The translations under genes were made by a program, and so were the position numbers. The notes under the pieces are model-generated. The model searched no databases. It was given only the letters and a program-made list of their open reading frames with translations, and was not told where the DNA came from. 64,000 nt of DNA from a virus. Below are positions 29,600 through 39,232 of this stretch, one piece after another (the first letter of the stretch is position 1; each line of letters opens with the position of its first letter). Location: positions 84,329 to 148,328 of IMG/VR virus record IMGVR_UViG_3300043446_003702; one strand, given 5' to 3'.

Positions 29600-31384
29600 A
29601 TGGCAGAATCCAAACAACCCGGCTGGCGCAAATATTTCAAAGTGGCAGACACTACAGGTGTCATGAGTCCTATTTCAGGCAGGAACCAATTTGGACTCCC
29701 TGGCTACACCAAAAATGATGGCTCAGACACTGGTATGCCTGCAGACTTTATCTTTCGCAACTATGCGTCAAGACTGCCCGAAGTGTACTCAGGACACCCC
29801 AATCGTATTGAACGCTACAATCAGTATGAAAACATGGACATGGACTCAGAAATCAATGCATGCCTGGACATCATTGCTGAGTTTTCCACACAGATGAACG
29901 AACAAAACGGTACACCTTTTGAAGTTGATTATCGTGAAAAACCCACAGACAACGAAGTGTCAATCATCAAGAAGCAGTTACAACAATGGGTCAAACTCAA
30001 CAAGCTGGATCAGCGCATATTCAAACTGTTCCGCAACACCATCAAGTACGGTGATCAAGTGTTTGTGCGTGACCCAGAAACTTTTGAAATGATGTGGGTG
30101 GACATGAGCAAAGTTGCCCGTGTTATTGTAAACGAATCAGAAGGCAAGAGACCCGAGCAGTATGTGATTCGTGACATCAACCCCAACTTTCAAAACATGA
30201 CTGTGGCAGCAAAAACCACCACAGACTACATGACCAACCCAGTGACAGGAACAATTTCAGGCAATGCCAACTACACCATGCCCAATGGCGGCACTGGTGG
30301 CGGTGTGGGCAACAGTCGTTTTATAACTGCCATGAACGAAGTTTGCTTGGATGCCAAGCACGTGGTACACATGAGCCTTAACGAAGGCCTAGACGTGTTT
30401 TGGCCTTTTGGACGCAGTATCCTGGAACAGATCTACAAGGTATTCAAGCAGAAAGAACTGTTGGAAGATGCAGTGCTGATCTATCGTGTGAGCCGTGCTC
30501 CTGAGCGCAGAATCTTCAAAATTGACGTGGGCAATATGCCATCACACTTGGCCATGGCTTTTGTAGAACGTGTGAAAAATGAAATGCATCAGCGAAGAAT
30601 TCCTACCATGACCGGTGGTGGTAACAACATGATGGATGCGTCATATAACCCACTCAGTATTAATGAAGATTATTTCTTTCCCCAAGGGGCAGACGGGCGT
30701 GGTTCAAGCGTGGATACACTGCAAGGTGGACAAAATCTGGGCGAAATTGATGACTTGAAATATTTCAACAACAAAATGGCTCGTGGTTTACGTGTGCCCA
30801 GCAGTTATTTGCCCACTGGTCCAGACGATTCAGACCGTGCCATGACTGATGGAAAAGTAGGCACAGCACTGATACAAGAGTACAGATTTAATCAGTATTG
30901 CGAACGACTACAGGCCTTGATTGTGCAGAAATTAGACGACGAATTCAAGATGTTTATGAAATGGCGTGGGTTTAATATAGACTCTAGCCTGTTTAATTTG
31001 AAGTTTAATGCACCTCAAAACTTTGCCAGTTATCGTCAAAGCGAACTAGATACCACACGCATTGGCGCATTTACACAGTTGGAACAACTGCCGTACATGA
31101 GCAAACGTTTTATGTTGCAGCGTTTTTTAGGATTAACCGAAGAAGAAATTGCAGAAAACGAAGAAATGTGGCGCGAAGAACGCGATGATCCCAAGTTGGA
31201 AACCAATGCAGGACAGGATATGCGCAGTATTGGTATTACTCCAGGTGCATTAGAATCTGACATTGAAACTGGTGAAGAAGTTGCTGGCATGGCAGCAGCA
31301 GGAGCAGCACCTGCTGGCGCTGGTCCTGTGCCTGTAGTTCCTGGTGGTGCACCTGCCCCTGCTGCTCCCCCTGGTGCAGTATAA
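29600..31384 (+). CDS. gp20: Portal protein
   Basis: LLEDAVLIYRVSRAPERRIFKIDVGNMP...EDYFFP...LPGGQNLG-like LQGGQNLGEIDDLKYF; AATAAATA at 29585-29592. Confidence 0.95.
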   Translation: MAESKQPGWRKYFKVADTTGVMSPISGRNQFGLPGYTKNDGSDTGMPADFIFRNYASRLPEVYSGHPNRIERYNQYENMDMDSEINACLDIIAEFSTQMNEQNGTPFEVDYREKPTDNEVSIIKKQLQQWVKLNKLDQRIFKLFRNTIKYGDQVFVRDPETFEMMWVDMSKVARVIVNESEGKRPEQYVIRDINPNFQNMTVAAKTTTDYMTNPVTGTISGNANYTMPNGGTGGGVGNSRFITAMNEVCLDAKHVVHMSLNEGLDVFWPFGRSILEQIYKVFKQKELLEDAVLIYRVSRAPERRIFKIDVGNMPSHLAMAFVERVKNEMHQRRIPTMTGGGNNMMDASYNPLSINEDYFFPQGADGRGSSVDTLQGGQNLGEIDDLKYFNNKMARGLRVPSSYLPTGPDDSDRAMTDGKVGTALIQEYRFNQYCERLQALIVQKLDDEFKMFMKWRGFNIDSSLFNLKFNAPQNFASYRQSELDTTRIGAFTQLEQLPYMSKRFMLQRFLGLTEEEIAENEEMWREERDDPKLETNAGQDMRSIGITPGALESDIETGEEVAGMAAAGAAPAGAGPVPVVPGGAPAPAAPPGAV

Positions 31385-31392
31385 ATAACAAC

Positions 31393-31614
31393 ATGTTGTT
31401 AACTGAATTTTTTCGCAAAGACCCAGAAGCATTTCAAAACTTGTCGCAAGACAACAGTCAGCCACAAGAGAGTGATCTGCGCAAAACTCGTCTCACACTG
31501 CGTCAACTCAACAAGTTGAGAAAAATGAATGACGTAAGAATGTATGAGTTCAAAGAGAAACTCAAACTGGTGCGCAAACAATATGCACCACCTCCTGCCG
31601 CCCCGGCAATGTAA
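31393..31614 (+). CDS. Small head-cluster hypothetical protein
   Basis: 73 aa, basic, with TATAAATA (31380-31387) 5 nt upstream. Confidence 0.65.
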   Translation: MLLTEFFRKDPEAFQNLSQDNSQPQESDLRKTRLTLRQLNKLRKMNDVRMYEFKEKLKLVRKQYAPPPAAPAM

Positions 31615-31712
31615 TAAATTTTTTACATTTATTGGCCTTTTGGCCCCTTAAACCACGTCTTTTTCTCCTTGTGTGTAAATAACAGCACACTTTACCTATA
31701 GGAGTTTCCCAT

Positions 31713-32552
31713 ATGAACCGTTTTGAACAATTGATTGAATATGTAATCAATGACGAAGAGGCGAAAGCCCGCGAACTTTTCCACGACATTGTTGTGGAGA
31801 AAAGCCGTCAGATCTATGAAAATATCATGGCTGAAGAAGCCGAAGAAGATATTGAAGAAGCCAAAGAAGAAGAACTCGACGAAGGCGAAGAAGAACTAGA
31901 CGAAGCCGAAGAAGACATTGAAGAAGGTGCCATGGGCGGCGATGCCAGTGACGACCTGATCGATGACGTGGAAATGGAAGAAGAATCTGACATGAACATG
32001 GAAGCCGAAGGCGACGAAGAAGAAGAATTTGACATTGGTGTCAGCGACGACGAAGGTGGCAGCGAACCAGCAACCAAAGACGACATCATGAATTTAGAAG
32101 ACAAACTGGACCAGTTAATGGCCGAGTTTGAAGACCTCATGGGCAGCGATGACATGGGTGACGGCGATGGCTTTGGTCCCGACGAAGGTGGCGACGCCAT
32201 TGAAATAGACGACACAGACGAAATGGAACCCGGCATGATGGAAGCTGTGAGTCTCAAAGCAGCCCCAAAGCCCACAACCAGTGAAGAAGGCGGTGTAAAC
32301 AAGAAGTCTACCTATGCAGCTAACAGCGGACAGGCAGGCATGGCCAGCCGTCCAGTTCACACTGGTGCCAGCGAAGGTGGACATCATGACACAGCCGCTT
32401 ATAGAAACACCACAAAAGACTTGATCGGCAAAGTGGGTAACACACCTGCACAAGGCACACAAAAGCCTTCAGCAGCACCAAAGCCTAAAATGGGCGCCGG
32501 TAGCGAAGGTCAAAACAACAAGAGCCCACTTCCCGGCGGACGTAAGGGTTAA
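31713..32552 (+). CDS. Highly acidic prohead core/internal protein
   Basis: Glu/Asp-rich with EE-A/LDE repeats resembling gp21 cleavage sites; between the portal and the protease. Confidence 0.6.
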   Translation: MNRFEQLIEYVINDEEAKARELFHDIVVEKSRQIYENIMAEEAEEDIEEAKEEELDEGEEELDEAEEDIEEGAMGGDASDDLIDDVEMEEESDMNMEAEGDEEEEFDIGVSDDEGGSEPATKDDIMNLEDKLDQLMAEFEDLMGSDDMGDGDGFGPDEGGDAIEIDDTDEMEPGMMEAVSLKAAPKPTTSEEGGVNKKSTYAANSGQAGMASRPVHTGASEGGHHDTAAYRNTTKDLIGKVGNTPAQGTQKPSAAPKPKMGAGSEGQNNKSPLPGGRKG

Positions 32553-32556
32553 TTAG

Positions 32557-33195
32557 ATGTCATCTAGATACCTTAGAGAAGATCTTACTTTTAGCCAAGC
32601 CAACATCCAAATCTTAGAAGAGGCGGATGTGGCTGGTAAAAAGCATCTCTACCTCAAGGGCATTTGCATTGAAGGCGACAAGCGCAATGCCAATGAACGT
32701 ATCTACCCCCGACACGAAATTATCAAGGCAGTAGAAACCATTAACGAACAGATCCACAACGGTAACTCCGTACTAGGTGAAGTGGACCATCCAGATGATC
32801 TAAAAATCAACTTAGATCGTGTGTGCCACACAGTTGAAGGCATGTGGATGGACGGACATGCTGGTTGCGGTAAGTTGAAGATATTGCCAACTCCCATGGG
32901 AGAATTGATTAAAACGCTGATCACGTCAGGTGTAAAACTTGGCGTCAGCAGTCGTGGCAGCGGCAACGTGGACGACAGAACAGGACATGTAAGTGACTTT
33001 GAAATTGTCACTATAGATGTAGTTGCACAACCCAGTGCACCCAATGCTTATCCCACAGCAATTTATGAAGGCCTCATGAACATGAAGCACGGTCATAAGC
33101 TGATGGAAATGGCACGGGAGTCTGGCGAGAGCGACAAAGTGCAGAGATACCTCAAGAATGAAGTTAAAAGACTCATTCGGGATCTCAAAATCTAA
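32557..33195 (+). CDS. gp21: Prohead protease
   Basis: NANERIYP, LGEVDHP, GVSSRGSG and DVVAQPSAPNAYP motifs. Confidence 0.95.
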   Translation: MSSRYLREDLTFSQANIQILEEADVAGKKHLYLKGICIEGDKRNANERIYPRHEIIKAVETINEQIHNGNSVLGEVDHPDDLKINLDRVCHTVEGMWMDGHAGCGKLKILPTPMGELIKTLITSGVKLGVSSRGSGNVDDRTGHVSDFEIVTIDVVAQPSAPNAYPTAIYEGLMNMKHGHKLMEMARESGESDKVQRYLKNEVKRLIRDLKI

Positions 33196-33207
33196 GGAGA
33201 ACCAGGA

Positions 33208-34296
33208 ATGTTTGATGCAATCAAACCCCTGCTCGACAGCGGCCTAATTAACGAAGACGTTAGTAAAGAACTCAACGAAGCTTGGGAAGGAAAACTTAAC
33301 GAAGCCCGTGAACAGGTACGTGCAGAACTCAGAGAAGAGTTTGCACAACGCTACGAGCATGACAAAACAGTGATGGTAGAAGCCCTAGACAAGATGGTAA
33401 CAGAAGGTTTGGCCGCAGAAATTGCGCAAGTGGCTGCTGAAAAGCAAGCACTGGCGGAAGATCGCGTTCGTTTCCAAGGCAAGATGAAAGAGTCAGCTAC
33501 AAAGTTCAACAACTTTATGGTTTCTAAACTTGCAGAAGAAATTGGCGAACTGCGCAAAGACCGCAAGATGCATACCGAAGGAGTGTCAAAACTTGAAAAC
33601 TTCGTGGTGCAGGCATTGGCACGTGAAATCACAGAATTCGCCAAAGACAAACGTGATGTCGTAGAGACAAAAGTGCGTCTGGTACGTGAAGCCCGTGGCA
33701 AACTTGAAGCATTGAAGAGCCGTTTCGTAAAAGAATCAGCTGAGAAAATGAGTCAAGCTGTTAGTCGTCATCTCAAGGCTGAGTTGAATCAGTTACAAGA
33801 AGACATCAAAATTGCTCGTGAGAACAATTTTGGTCGCAGAATCTTCGAAGCGTATGCAGCAGAGTTCGGTGCTACCCATCTCAATGAGAAGGCAGAAGTC
33901 CGTAAACTGTATGATGTTATTGCTGAGAAAGATCAAAAATTGCGTAAAGCAATTGAACTCACCCAACACGCCAAAGTGGTGGTGGAGTCCAAAGAACGTG
34001 AACTGCGTATGATCCGAGAATCCAATGAGCGCGAAAGTACTCTGGATGAATTGCTGCGTCCCTTGAACCGGGAAAAGCAAGAAGTCATGCGTAATTTACT
34101 CGAAAGCGTTCAAACACCACGTTTGAAGTCAGCTTTTGAAAAGTATCTACCAGCAGTGTTGGAAGATAGATCTGTGAAAGCCCGTAAAGTAATTGCAGAA
34201 TCTGTTACCGCAGTAACTGGTGATAAAAATACTGTACCCACGGTGTCGGAAGATCGCAGCAACGTGATTGACCTCAAGCGCCTGGCAGGTCTTTAA
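33208..34296 (+). CDS. gp22: Prohead scaffolding protein
   Basis: Coiled-coil protein with GRRIFEAYAAEF, between gp21 and gp23; strong AAGGAG SD. Confidence 0.85.
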   Translation: MFDAIKPLLDSGLINEDVSKELNEAWEGKLNEAREQVRAELREEFAQRYEHDKTVMVEALDKMVTEGLAAEIAQVAAEKQALAEDRVRFQGKMKESATKFNNFMVSKLAEEIGELRKDRKMHTEGVSKLENFVVQALAREITEFAKDKRDVVETKVRLVREARGKLEALKSRFVKESAEKMSQAVSRHLKAELNQLQEDIKIARENNFGRRIFEAYAAEFGATHLNEKAEVRKLYDVIAEKDQKLRKAIELTQHAKVVVESKERELRMIRESNERESTLDELLRPLNREKQEVMRNLLESVQTPRLKSAFEKYLPAVLEDRSVKARKVIAESVTAVTGDKNTVPTVSEDRSNVIDLKRLAGL

Positions 34297-34315
34297 TCTT
34301 AACAAGGAGACTTAA

Positions 34316-35512
34316 ATGTCACAAGAACTATTAGAAAGTCGTTGGGGCGAAACCAAAGAGGCACTGTTAGAAGGTCTTAATGGAACCAAACGCAATAGCA
34401 TGAATGTAATCCTCGAGAATACACGTCGCTATTTGAAAGAGAATGCAAGTGCAGGTTCTACTGCGTCTGGCAACATTGCCACACTTAACCGTGTGATTCT
34501 GCCAGTGATCCGTCGTGTGATGCCCACCGTTATTGCTAACGAGTTGGTTGGCGTTCAGCCTATGACTGGTCCAGTTGGTCAAATTCACACCTTGCGTGTG
34601 CGTTATGCCAACTCATTGACAGACAATTCAGCAGCCGCTACCAGCGTGAGTGCTGGTGAAGAAGCATTGAGCCCATTTAAAATTGCTCAAGCATATTCAA
34701 CTGTGCCTGCAGGTACAAACACAGCTACTAACTATACTGGTAACAACACAGCTACCATGGAAGGTACTGGCGGTAAGCAAATTTCCGTTCAGATCTTGAA
34801 ACAAGCCGTTGAAGCTCGCACACGTAAGTTGCAAGCTCGCTGGACATTTGAATCTGCTCAAGACGCACAAGCCATGCACGGTATTGACGTTGAAGCAGAA
34901 ATCATGGCAGCATTGGCTCAAGAGATCACTGCTGAAATTGACCAAGAAATCTTGTTGTCATTGCGCTCATTGGCTGCCACTGAGTTCACATACAACCAAG
35001 CAACTGTTTCTGGTACAGCAACATTCGTTGGTGACGAACACGCCGCATTGGCAGTGTTGGTCAACCGTGTTGCTAACTTGATTGCTCAACGCACACGTCG
35101 TGGCGCTGGTAACTACGCTGTGGTTTCCTCTGCTGCTTTGACTGTGTTGCAAAGTGCAACAACCAGTGCATTTGCACGTACCACAGAAGGTACCTTTGAA
35201 GCACCCACAAACACCAAGTTTGTTGGTACATTGAACGGCTCTATGCGTGTGTTCGTTGACAGCTATGCTGCTGACACACAATCAGTATTGGTCGGTTACA
35301 AAGGTTCTTCAGAAGCTGACGCACCAGCATTCTACTGCCCATACATTCCCTTGATGAGCAGTGGTGTTGTGCTTGATCCAACAACCTTTGAACCAGTGGT
35401 GTCATTCATGACACGCTATGGTTACATTGAGTTGACCAACACTGCCAGCAGCTTCGGCAACGCTGGTGACTATGTTGGTGAGATCGCAGTTTCCAACTTG
35501 TCATTCTCCTAA
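34316..35512 (+). CDS. gp23: Major capsid protein
   Basis: GVQPMTGPVGQIHTLR, RKLQARWTFESAQD, EIDQEIL, FYCPYIPL and FMTRYG. Confidence 0.97.
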   Translation: MSQELLESRWGETKEALLEGLNGTKRNSMNVILENTRRYLKENASAGSTASGNIATLNRVILPVIRRVMPTVIANELVGVQPMTGPVGQIHTLRVRYANSLTDNSAAATSVSAGEEALSPFKIAQAYSTVPAGTNTATNYTGNNTATMEGTGGKQISVQILKQAVEARTRKLQARWTFESAQDAQAMHGIDVEAEIMAALAQEITAEIDQEILLSLRSLAATEFTYNQATVSGTATFVGDEHAALAVLVNRVANLIAQRTRRGAGNYAVVSSAALTVLQSATTSAFARTTEGTFEAPTNTKFVGTLNGSMRVFVDSYAADTQSVLVGYKGSSEADAPAFYCPYIPLMSSGVVLDPTTFEPVVSFMTRYGYIELTNTASSFGNAGDYVGEIAVSNLSFS

Positions 35513-35543
35513 TCAGAGAACAACTACCCAGGGATGGGAAGTT

Positions 35544-35571
35544 CAAAAAACCCGCTGAGGCGGGTTTTTTG
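35544..35571 (+). terminator. Rho-independent terminator after gp23
   Basis: AAAAAACCCGC-TGAG-GCGGGTTTTTT. Confidence 0.85.
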
Positions 35572-35587
35572 TTGGCTAAGTATTGCC

Positions 35588-36448
35588 ATGAGCAGATGGA
35601 ACAATTTTTATAAAAACATTCGAGACCCCAGCTGGCCAGATTGTGCTAACGAACATGAGTTTACGACCCTACCTAAACATATACAGCATGAAATTCTAAA
35701 TAATTTTGGTGGCAGAGAATATGTTTACCTAACAACACAAGATCTATATCATTTGCCACTGAAATTGCCTGCTGATGATCTAGCCAGCAATGTTGATTAT
35801 GATTTGGAATTTTTAGTGGCCAACGATTTTGTTGTATATTACAATCACTCTATAGAAGGCGGTGGAATTGATATAGGGCAAAATTTTCCTAGAATTATTC
35901 GTTGCCTGTACCCTGACAGAATTTTTGAACACGGTATGGAATGGGCAGCCGGGCACGGTGCCATTGGTTTTAGATTGTTGGCAGATGGTATTTGTAAAAC
36001 CATGAACCTAGTAGAAAGCAACCAGTATGCAATAGATGCATGCAAAAAAACCATCAGCAACATGCCAGCAAGATTTCAAGGCACAGTTTCAGTATCTCAC
36101 ACAGACACACTGAAAACACTAGACAACAAATTACAATTTGATTTAATTGTAGCCAATCCACCAACGTTTAAAACTCATCTATATAATATCACCAATTTTG
36201 AACATGGCTCTATGCATGATTGGCATAGAATAAGTGTTGACAAAGACTGGCAAGCACATCAAGATTTTTTTTCTAATGTAAAAAAACACCTGTCGGCCAA
36301 TGGTGTAATCTTGTTACAAGAACAAAAATTTGGATCCAGTGTGTTTGAGTTTGAAAAATTTATTGTTGACAGCGGATTAAAAGTTGTGTCAGCTTTTTTT
36401 GAAAAATTCAATCAGTACACTTGGTATTTGGAATTAACTCACAAATAA
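35588..36448 (+). CDS. SAM-dependent methyltransferase (HemK/MTS-like, NPP motif) with a small N-terminal WPDC domain
   Basis: MEWAAGHGAIG (motif I), LVESN and FDLIVANPP. Start reassigned to 35588, 5 nt after TAAGTA. Confidence 0.75.
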   Translation: MSRWNNFYKNIRDPSWPDCANEHEFTTLPKHIQHEILNNFGGREYVYLTTQDLYHLPLKLPADDLASNVDYDLEFLVANDFVVYYNHSIEGGGIDIGQNFPRIIRCLYPDRIFEHGMEWAAGHGAIGFRLLADGICKTMNLVESNQYAIDACKKTISNMPARFQGTVSVSHTDTLKTLDNKLQFDLIVANPPTFKTHLYNITNFEHGSMHDWHRISVDKDWQAHQDFFSNVKKHLSANGVILLQEQKFGSSVFEFEKFIVDSGLKVVSAFFEKFNQYTWYLELTHK

Positions 36449-36449
36449 C

Positions 36450-37622
36450 CTAAACTTTGAACCAGCTGAGATACTGTTCTATTTTCTTTGTGACAGACGC
36501 CCAGTCACCCATCGACGGTTGTCGGAATATTCTCACAGTGGGATACCATGGACTTGAATCACGGTCCAACAACCAACGCCAATCAGTGGCAAACCACTGC
36601 AACATCAACCAAGTGGGTCTGCCCATGGCACCAGCCAGATGTGTGATGGCAGTGTCCACTGAGATCACCACATCCAAGCAATTGATCAAGGCTGCTGTGT
36701 CTGCAAAACTTTGAATGGTGCCAGGATAGCGTGTTACTCCTGCTGCTGCCAGTGCTTCATCTTCCTCGCCCGCAACGTCTACTTGCAGGTTGATCCACTC
36801 ATATTGTGGGTTGCGTCGTATGAGATCCAGCATGATCTCAAAAGGCACACCTTTGTGACGATTCAACCAGGCATCTCTGCGACCGGACCATGAAAAGCCA
36901 ACTCGCATGCGTGTTTTTGGACCCAGTCGCTTAAGCCAAGCAGAGGATTTGTCATGATCGGGTGATATGTACTGCACTGTTTTAGGCAAGTTATCTAGGG
37001 TCACACCCAACACACCGGGTAAACTCATGATGGGAATCCAGTAGTCAAATTCAGGAGGTTCATCGGTGTAGGTGCCTATCCATGATATGACCTGGCTGGT
37101 GGCCAGCATGGGAATCAAACCCAGGGTGGTTTGGAACAGTACTCGTGCGCCTGCAGCATGAAGATTGCCCAAAAATCTGCAGAACTGTATGTTGTCACCA
37201 TGACCCTGTTCACCTACCACCAGTATGGTTTTGCCTTTGAGATCCTCACCACTCCAGCGTGGTTGGCGGTGCTGAGGTTCTGTACCGGCTAGATGTTCAT
37301 ACTGCCAACGTGCTTCGTATGCTGGCCAACCACGAACATAGTCACCCATGATTAGATGGCTTACGGCCAGATTAAATCGAGCAGTGGCATTGTTGGGATC
37401 CAGTATGATGGCATGTTCCAAAAATGGTATACCACGTCGGGGTTGCCCACACTCACGTAACACATTGCCATAATTATTGAAAGCAGCAGCTGAGTCTGGG
37501 TCGTGGCACATGGCCAGCATGTAGCATTTGAGTGCTTGATCTGGACGATTTTCTCCGCGCAGTCGATTGCCTTCCTCAATGAGTCGAGCAGGATCTGTGA
37601 TTATTTCGTTTGTGGATTCCAT
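36450..37622 (-). CDS. TPR-repeat plus GT-B glycosyltransferase (GT9-like C-terminus)
   Basis: TPR helices (AAAFNNYGNVLRECG, ARFNLA), EQGHGDNIQFCRF, VGFSWSG and DVVISVDTAITHLAGAMGRPTW. Confidence 0.85.
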   Translation of the reverse strand: MESTNEIITDPARLIEEGNRLRGENRPDQALKCYMLAMCHDPDSAAAFNNYGNVLRECGQPRRGIPFLEHAIILDPNNATARFNLAVSHLIMGDYVRGWPAYEARWQYEHLAGTEPQHRQPRWSGEDLKGKTILVVGEQGHGDNIQFCRFLGNLHAAGARVLFQTTLGLIPMLATSQVISWIGTYTDEPPEFDYWIPIMSLPGVLGVTLDNLPKTVQYISPDHDKSSAWLKRLGPKTRMRVGFSWSGRRDAWLNRHKGVPFEIMLDLIRRNPQYEWINLQVDVAGEEDEALAAAGVTRYPGTIQSFADTAALINCLDVVISVDTAITHLAGAMGRPTWLMLQWFATDWRWLLDRDSSPWYPTVRIFRQPSMGDWASVTKKIEQYLSWFKV

Positions 37623-37682
37623 GGACATATTTACAGTATACACTCAGTAGTTAAAGATTTCAACCTCTTCATAAATATTTGT

Positions 37683-37738
37683 GACGCAATTCGGCGTCTT
37701 ATGCAGTGCTAACCCTCTGCGTAGCGGCTAGAACCCGC
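37683..37738 (+). promoter_or_regulatory. Three-hairpin structured 5' leader after late promoter CATAAATA (37670-37677)
   Basis: Stems GACGC/GCGTC, TATGCAG/CTGCGTA and GCGG/CCGC lie back to back before an AAGGAG SD. Confidence 0.5.
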
Positions 37739-37765
37739 ATTGGGCTTCTTTAAGGAGAAATCAAA

Positions 37766-38596
37766 ATGGGAAGAGCTCTCAAAATTGCAAAATACGGCAC
37801 CGCTCAAGGTGTAACATATCCAACGTCAACTTCAGTTAACCAACCTGCAGCCGCAGTCAATGTTGATGTTGGTTATCCCAACTTTGGATCTTTAACTGAT
37901 CCAGTATACAACGCACCTGTACAAACTCTTGATGCTGCACAATATCTTGGTGTTGTTGGTGGCAGTCCTGCCAGCAGTGTTGCAACTGCTACCAATCCGC
38001 AGATTGCCGCAGTAGTGAACATTGCATTGCAAGACGGTACCAGCACCACTGCTGGCGCCGGTCGCATCATCCGTCAAAAAGGTGCACACAAATTCTTGGT
38101 GGCTTACACAGCCAGCACCACAGCTGACGGTAGTTTTATTGTGGGACAAGCATATCAAATTGCTGTAGTGGGCACCACTGACTGGGCTGCTGCTGGCGCC
38201 AAAGGGAGTCCAGTGGCCGCTGGTGACATTTTTACTGCAACCAGCGTGGGCGGAGCAGGCACAGGTGAAGCATACCCAGTGGACATCTGTGTGTTGAGCA
38301 ACACTGCAACACCAGCTGCTGGTTACATGAGTATTGCTTACAGCACTGGTGACAGTTCAGCTGTTTACGCCAGCTACATCACCAACAAGTGGGTGCGTGA
38401 CTGGAATGGCATGACCTATGGTAACTATGCTGATACCAACTATGGTACTAACACTCAAAGCAGTGAAAACTACTATGCTGCCAACTTCTTCACAGACGAA
38501 GGCACAGTTACATGGAGTGGTGCAGAAATTGTCAACAGTGCTTATGCACAAAACGGCACAGTGCAATTGGCTCAAATTGCCAGCGTTACTTCTTAA
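37766..38596 (+). CDS. Virion structural protein (decoration-like)
   Basis: Ala/Thr/Gly-rich with an IIRQKGAHKFLV motif, strong SD and a late promoter. Confidence 0.6.
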   Translation: MGRALKIAKYGTAQGVTYPTSTSVNQPAAAVNVDVGYPNFGSLTDPVYNAPVQTLDAAQYLGVVGGSPASSVATATNPQIAAVVNIALQDGTSTTAGAGRIIRQKGAHKFLVAYTASTTADGSFIVGQAYQIAVVGTTDWAAAGAKGSPVAAGDIFTATSVGGAGTGEAYPVDICVLSNTATPAAGYMSIAYSTGDSSAVYASYITNKWVRDWNGMTYGNYADTNYGTNTQSSENYYAANFFTDEGTVTWSGAEIVNSAYAQNGTVQLAQIASVTS

Positions 38597-38611
38597 TTTG
38601 TAAAGTGTTAG

Positions 38612-38640
38612 AGTCCTCCCAGCTACATACTGGGAGGATT
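38612..38640 (+). promoter_or_regulatory. SD-sequestering hairpin/terminator with TACATA in the loop
   Basis: AGTCCTCCCAG-CTACATA-CTGGGAGGATT; the GGAGG of the next gene is in the 3' arm. Confidence 0.6.
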
Positions 38641-38644
38641 TCTT

Positions 38645-39232
38645 ATGAGTGCAGCATTTGTTTTGGGCAACGGCGTTAGCCGTTTGAGTGTTGATTTATC
38701 TGTGTTGAAACAGCGTGGGCGTGTGTACGGGTGCAACGCCTTGTACCGAGAATTTGCGCCAGATGTGTTGGTCAGTACCGACAAGGGCATAGCACATGCC
38801 ATACAACACACTGGATATGCACAACAGCATGTAATGTACACACGCAAACCTTTACCAGGGCTGGGTGCAAGATCAGTGCCGCAAAACTACTACGGATTCA
38901 GTTCAGGACCCATAGCAGTGGGCTTGGCAGCCCTGGATCAACATCTAGCAGTGTATCTCATAGGATTTGACATGGGGCCCACTGCTACCAATCGTTTCAA
39001 CAATGTGTATGCTGACACAGAATTTTATAAAAAAAGCTCGTCCAATCCCACGTTTACTGGCAACTGGGTGCGGCAACTAGTCACAATAGCCCGGGATTTC
39101 CCTACAACCAGTTTTCATCGAGTTGTTGGTGAATCAACAGCACAAATACAAGAGTTGCAGGGTATAAAAAACATGCAGCACATGGCCATGGCTGACTTCT
39201 TAGACCGTATAAATAACGTAAAGGATTTCTAA
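38645..39232 (+). CDS. Rossmann-like protein resembling Maf/MptE/sialyltransferase-like domains
   Basis: AFVLGNGVSR, YGCNALYR..PDVLVSTD, FSSG..A and VYLIGFDM. Confidence 0.55.
   Translation: MSAAFVLGNGVSRLSVDLSVLKQRGRVYGCNALYREFAPDVLVSTDKGIAHAIQHTGYAQQHVMYTRKPLPGLGARSVPQNYYGFSSGPIAVGLAALDQHLAVYLIGFDMGPTATNRFNNVYADTEFYKKSSSNPTFTGNWVRQLVTIARDFPTTSFHRVVGESTAQIQELQGIKNMQHMAMADFLDRINNVKDF

Noticed and set aside
37683-37745. tRNA gene
   Set aside because: No acceptor stem or CCA, a 10-nt middle loop and no canonical TTC T-loop; kept only as a structured leader.
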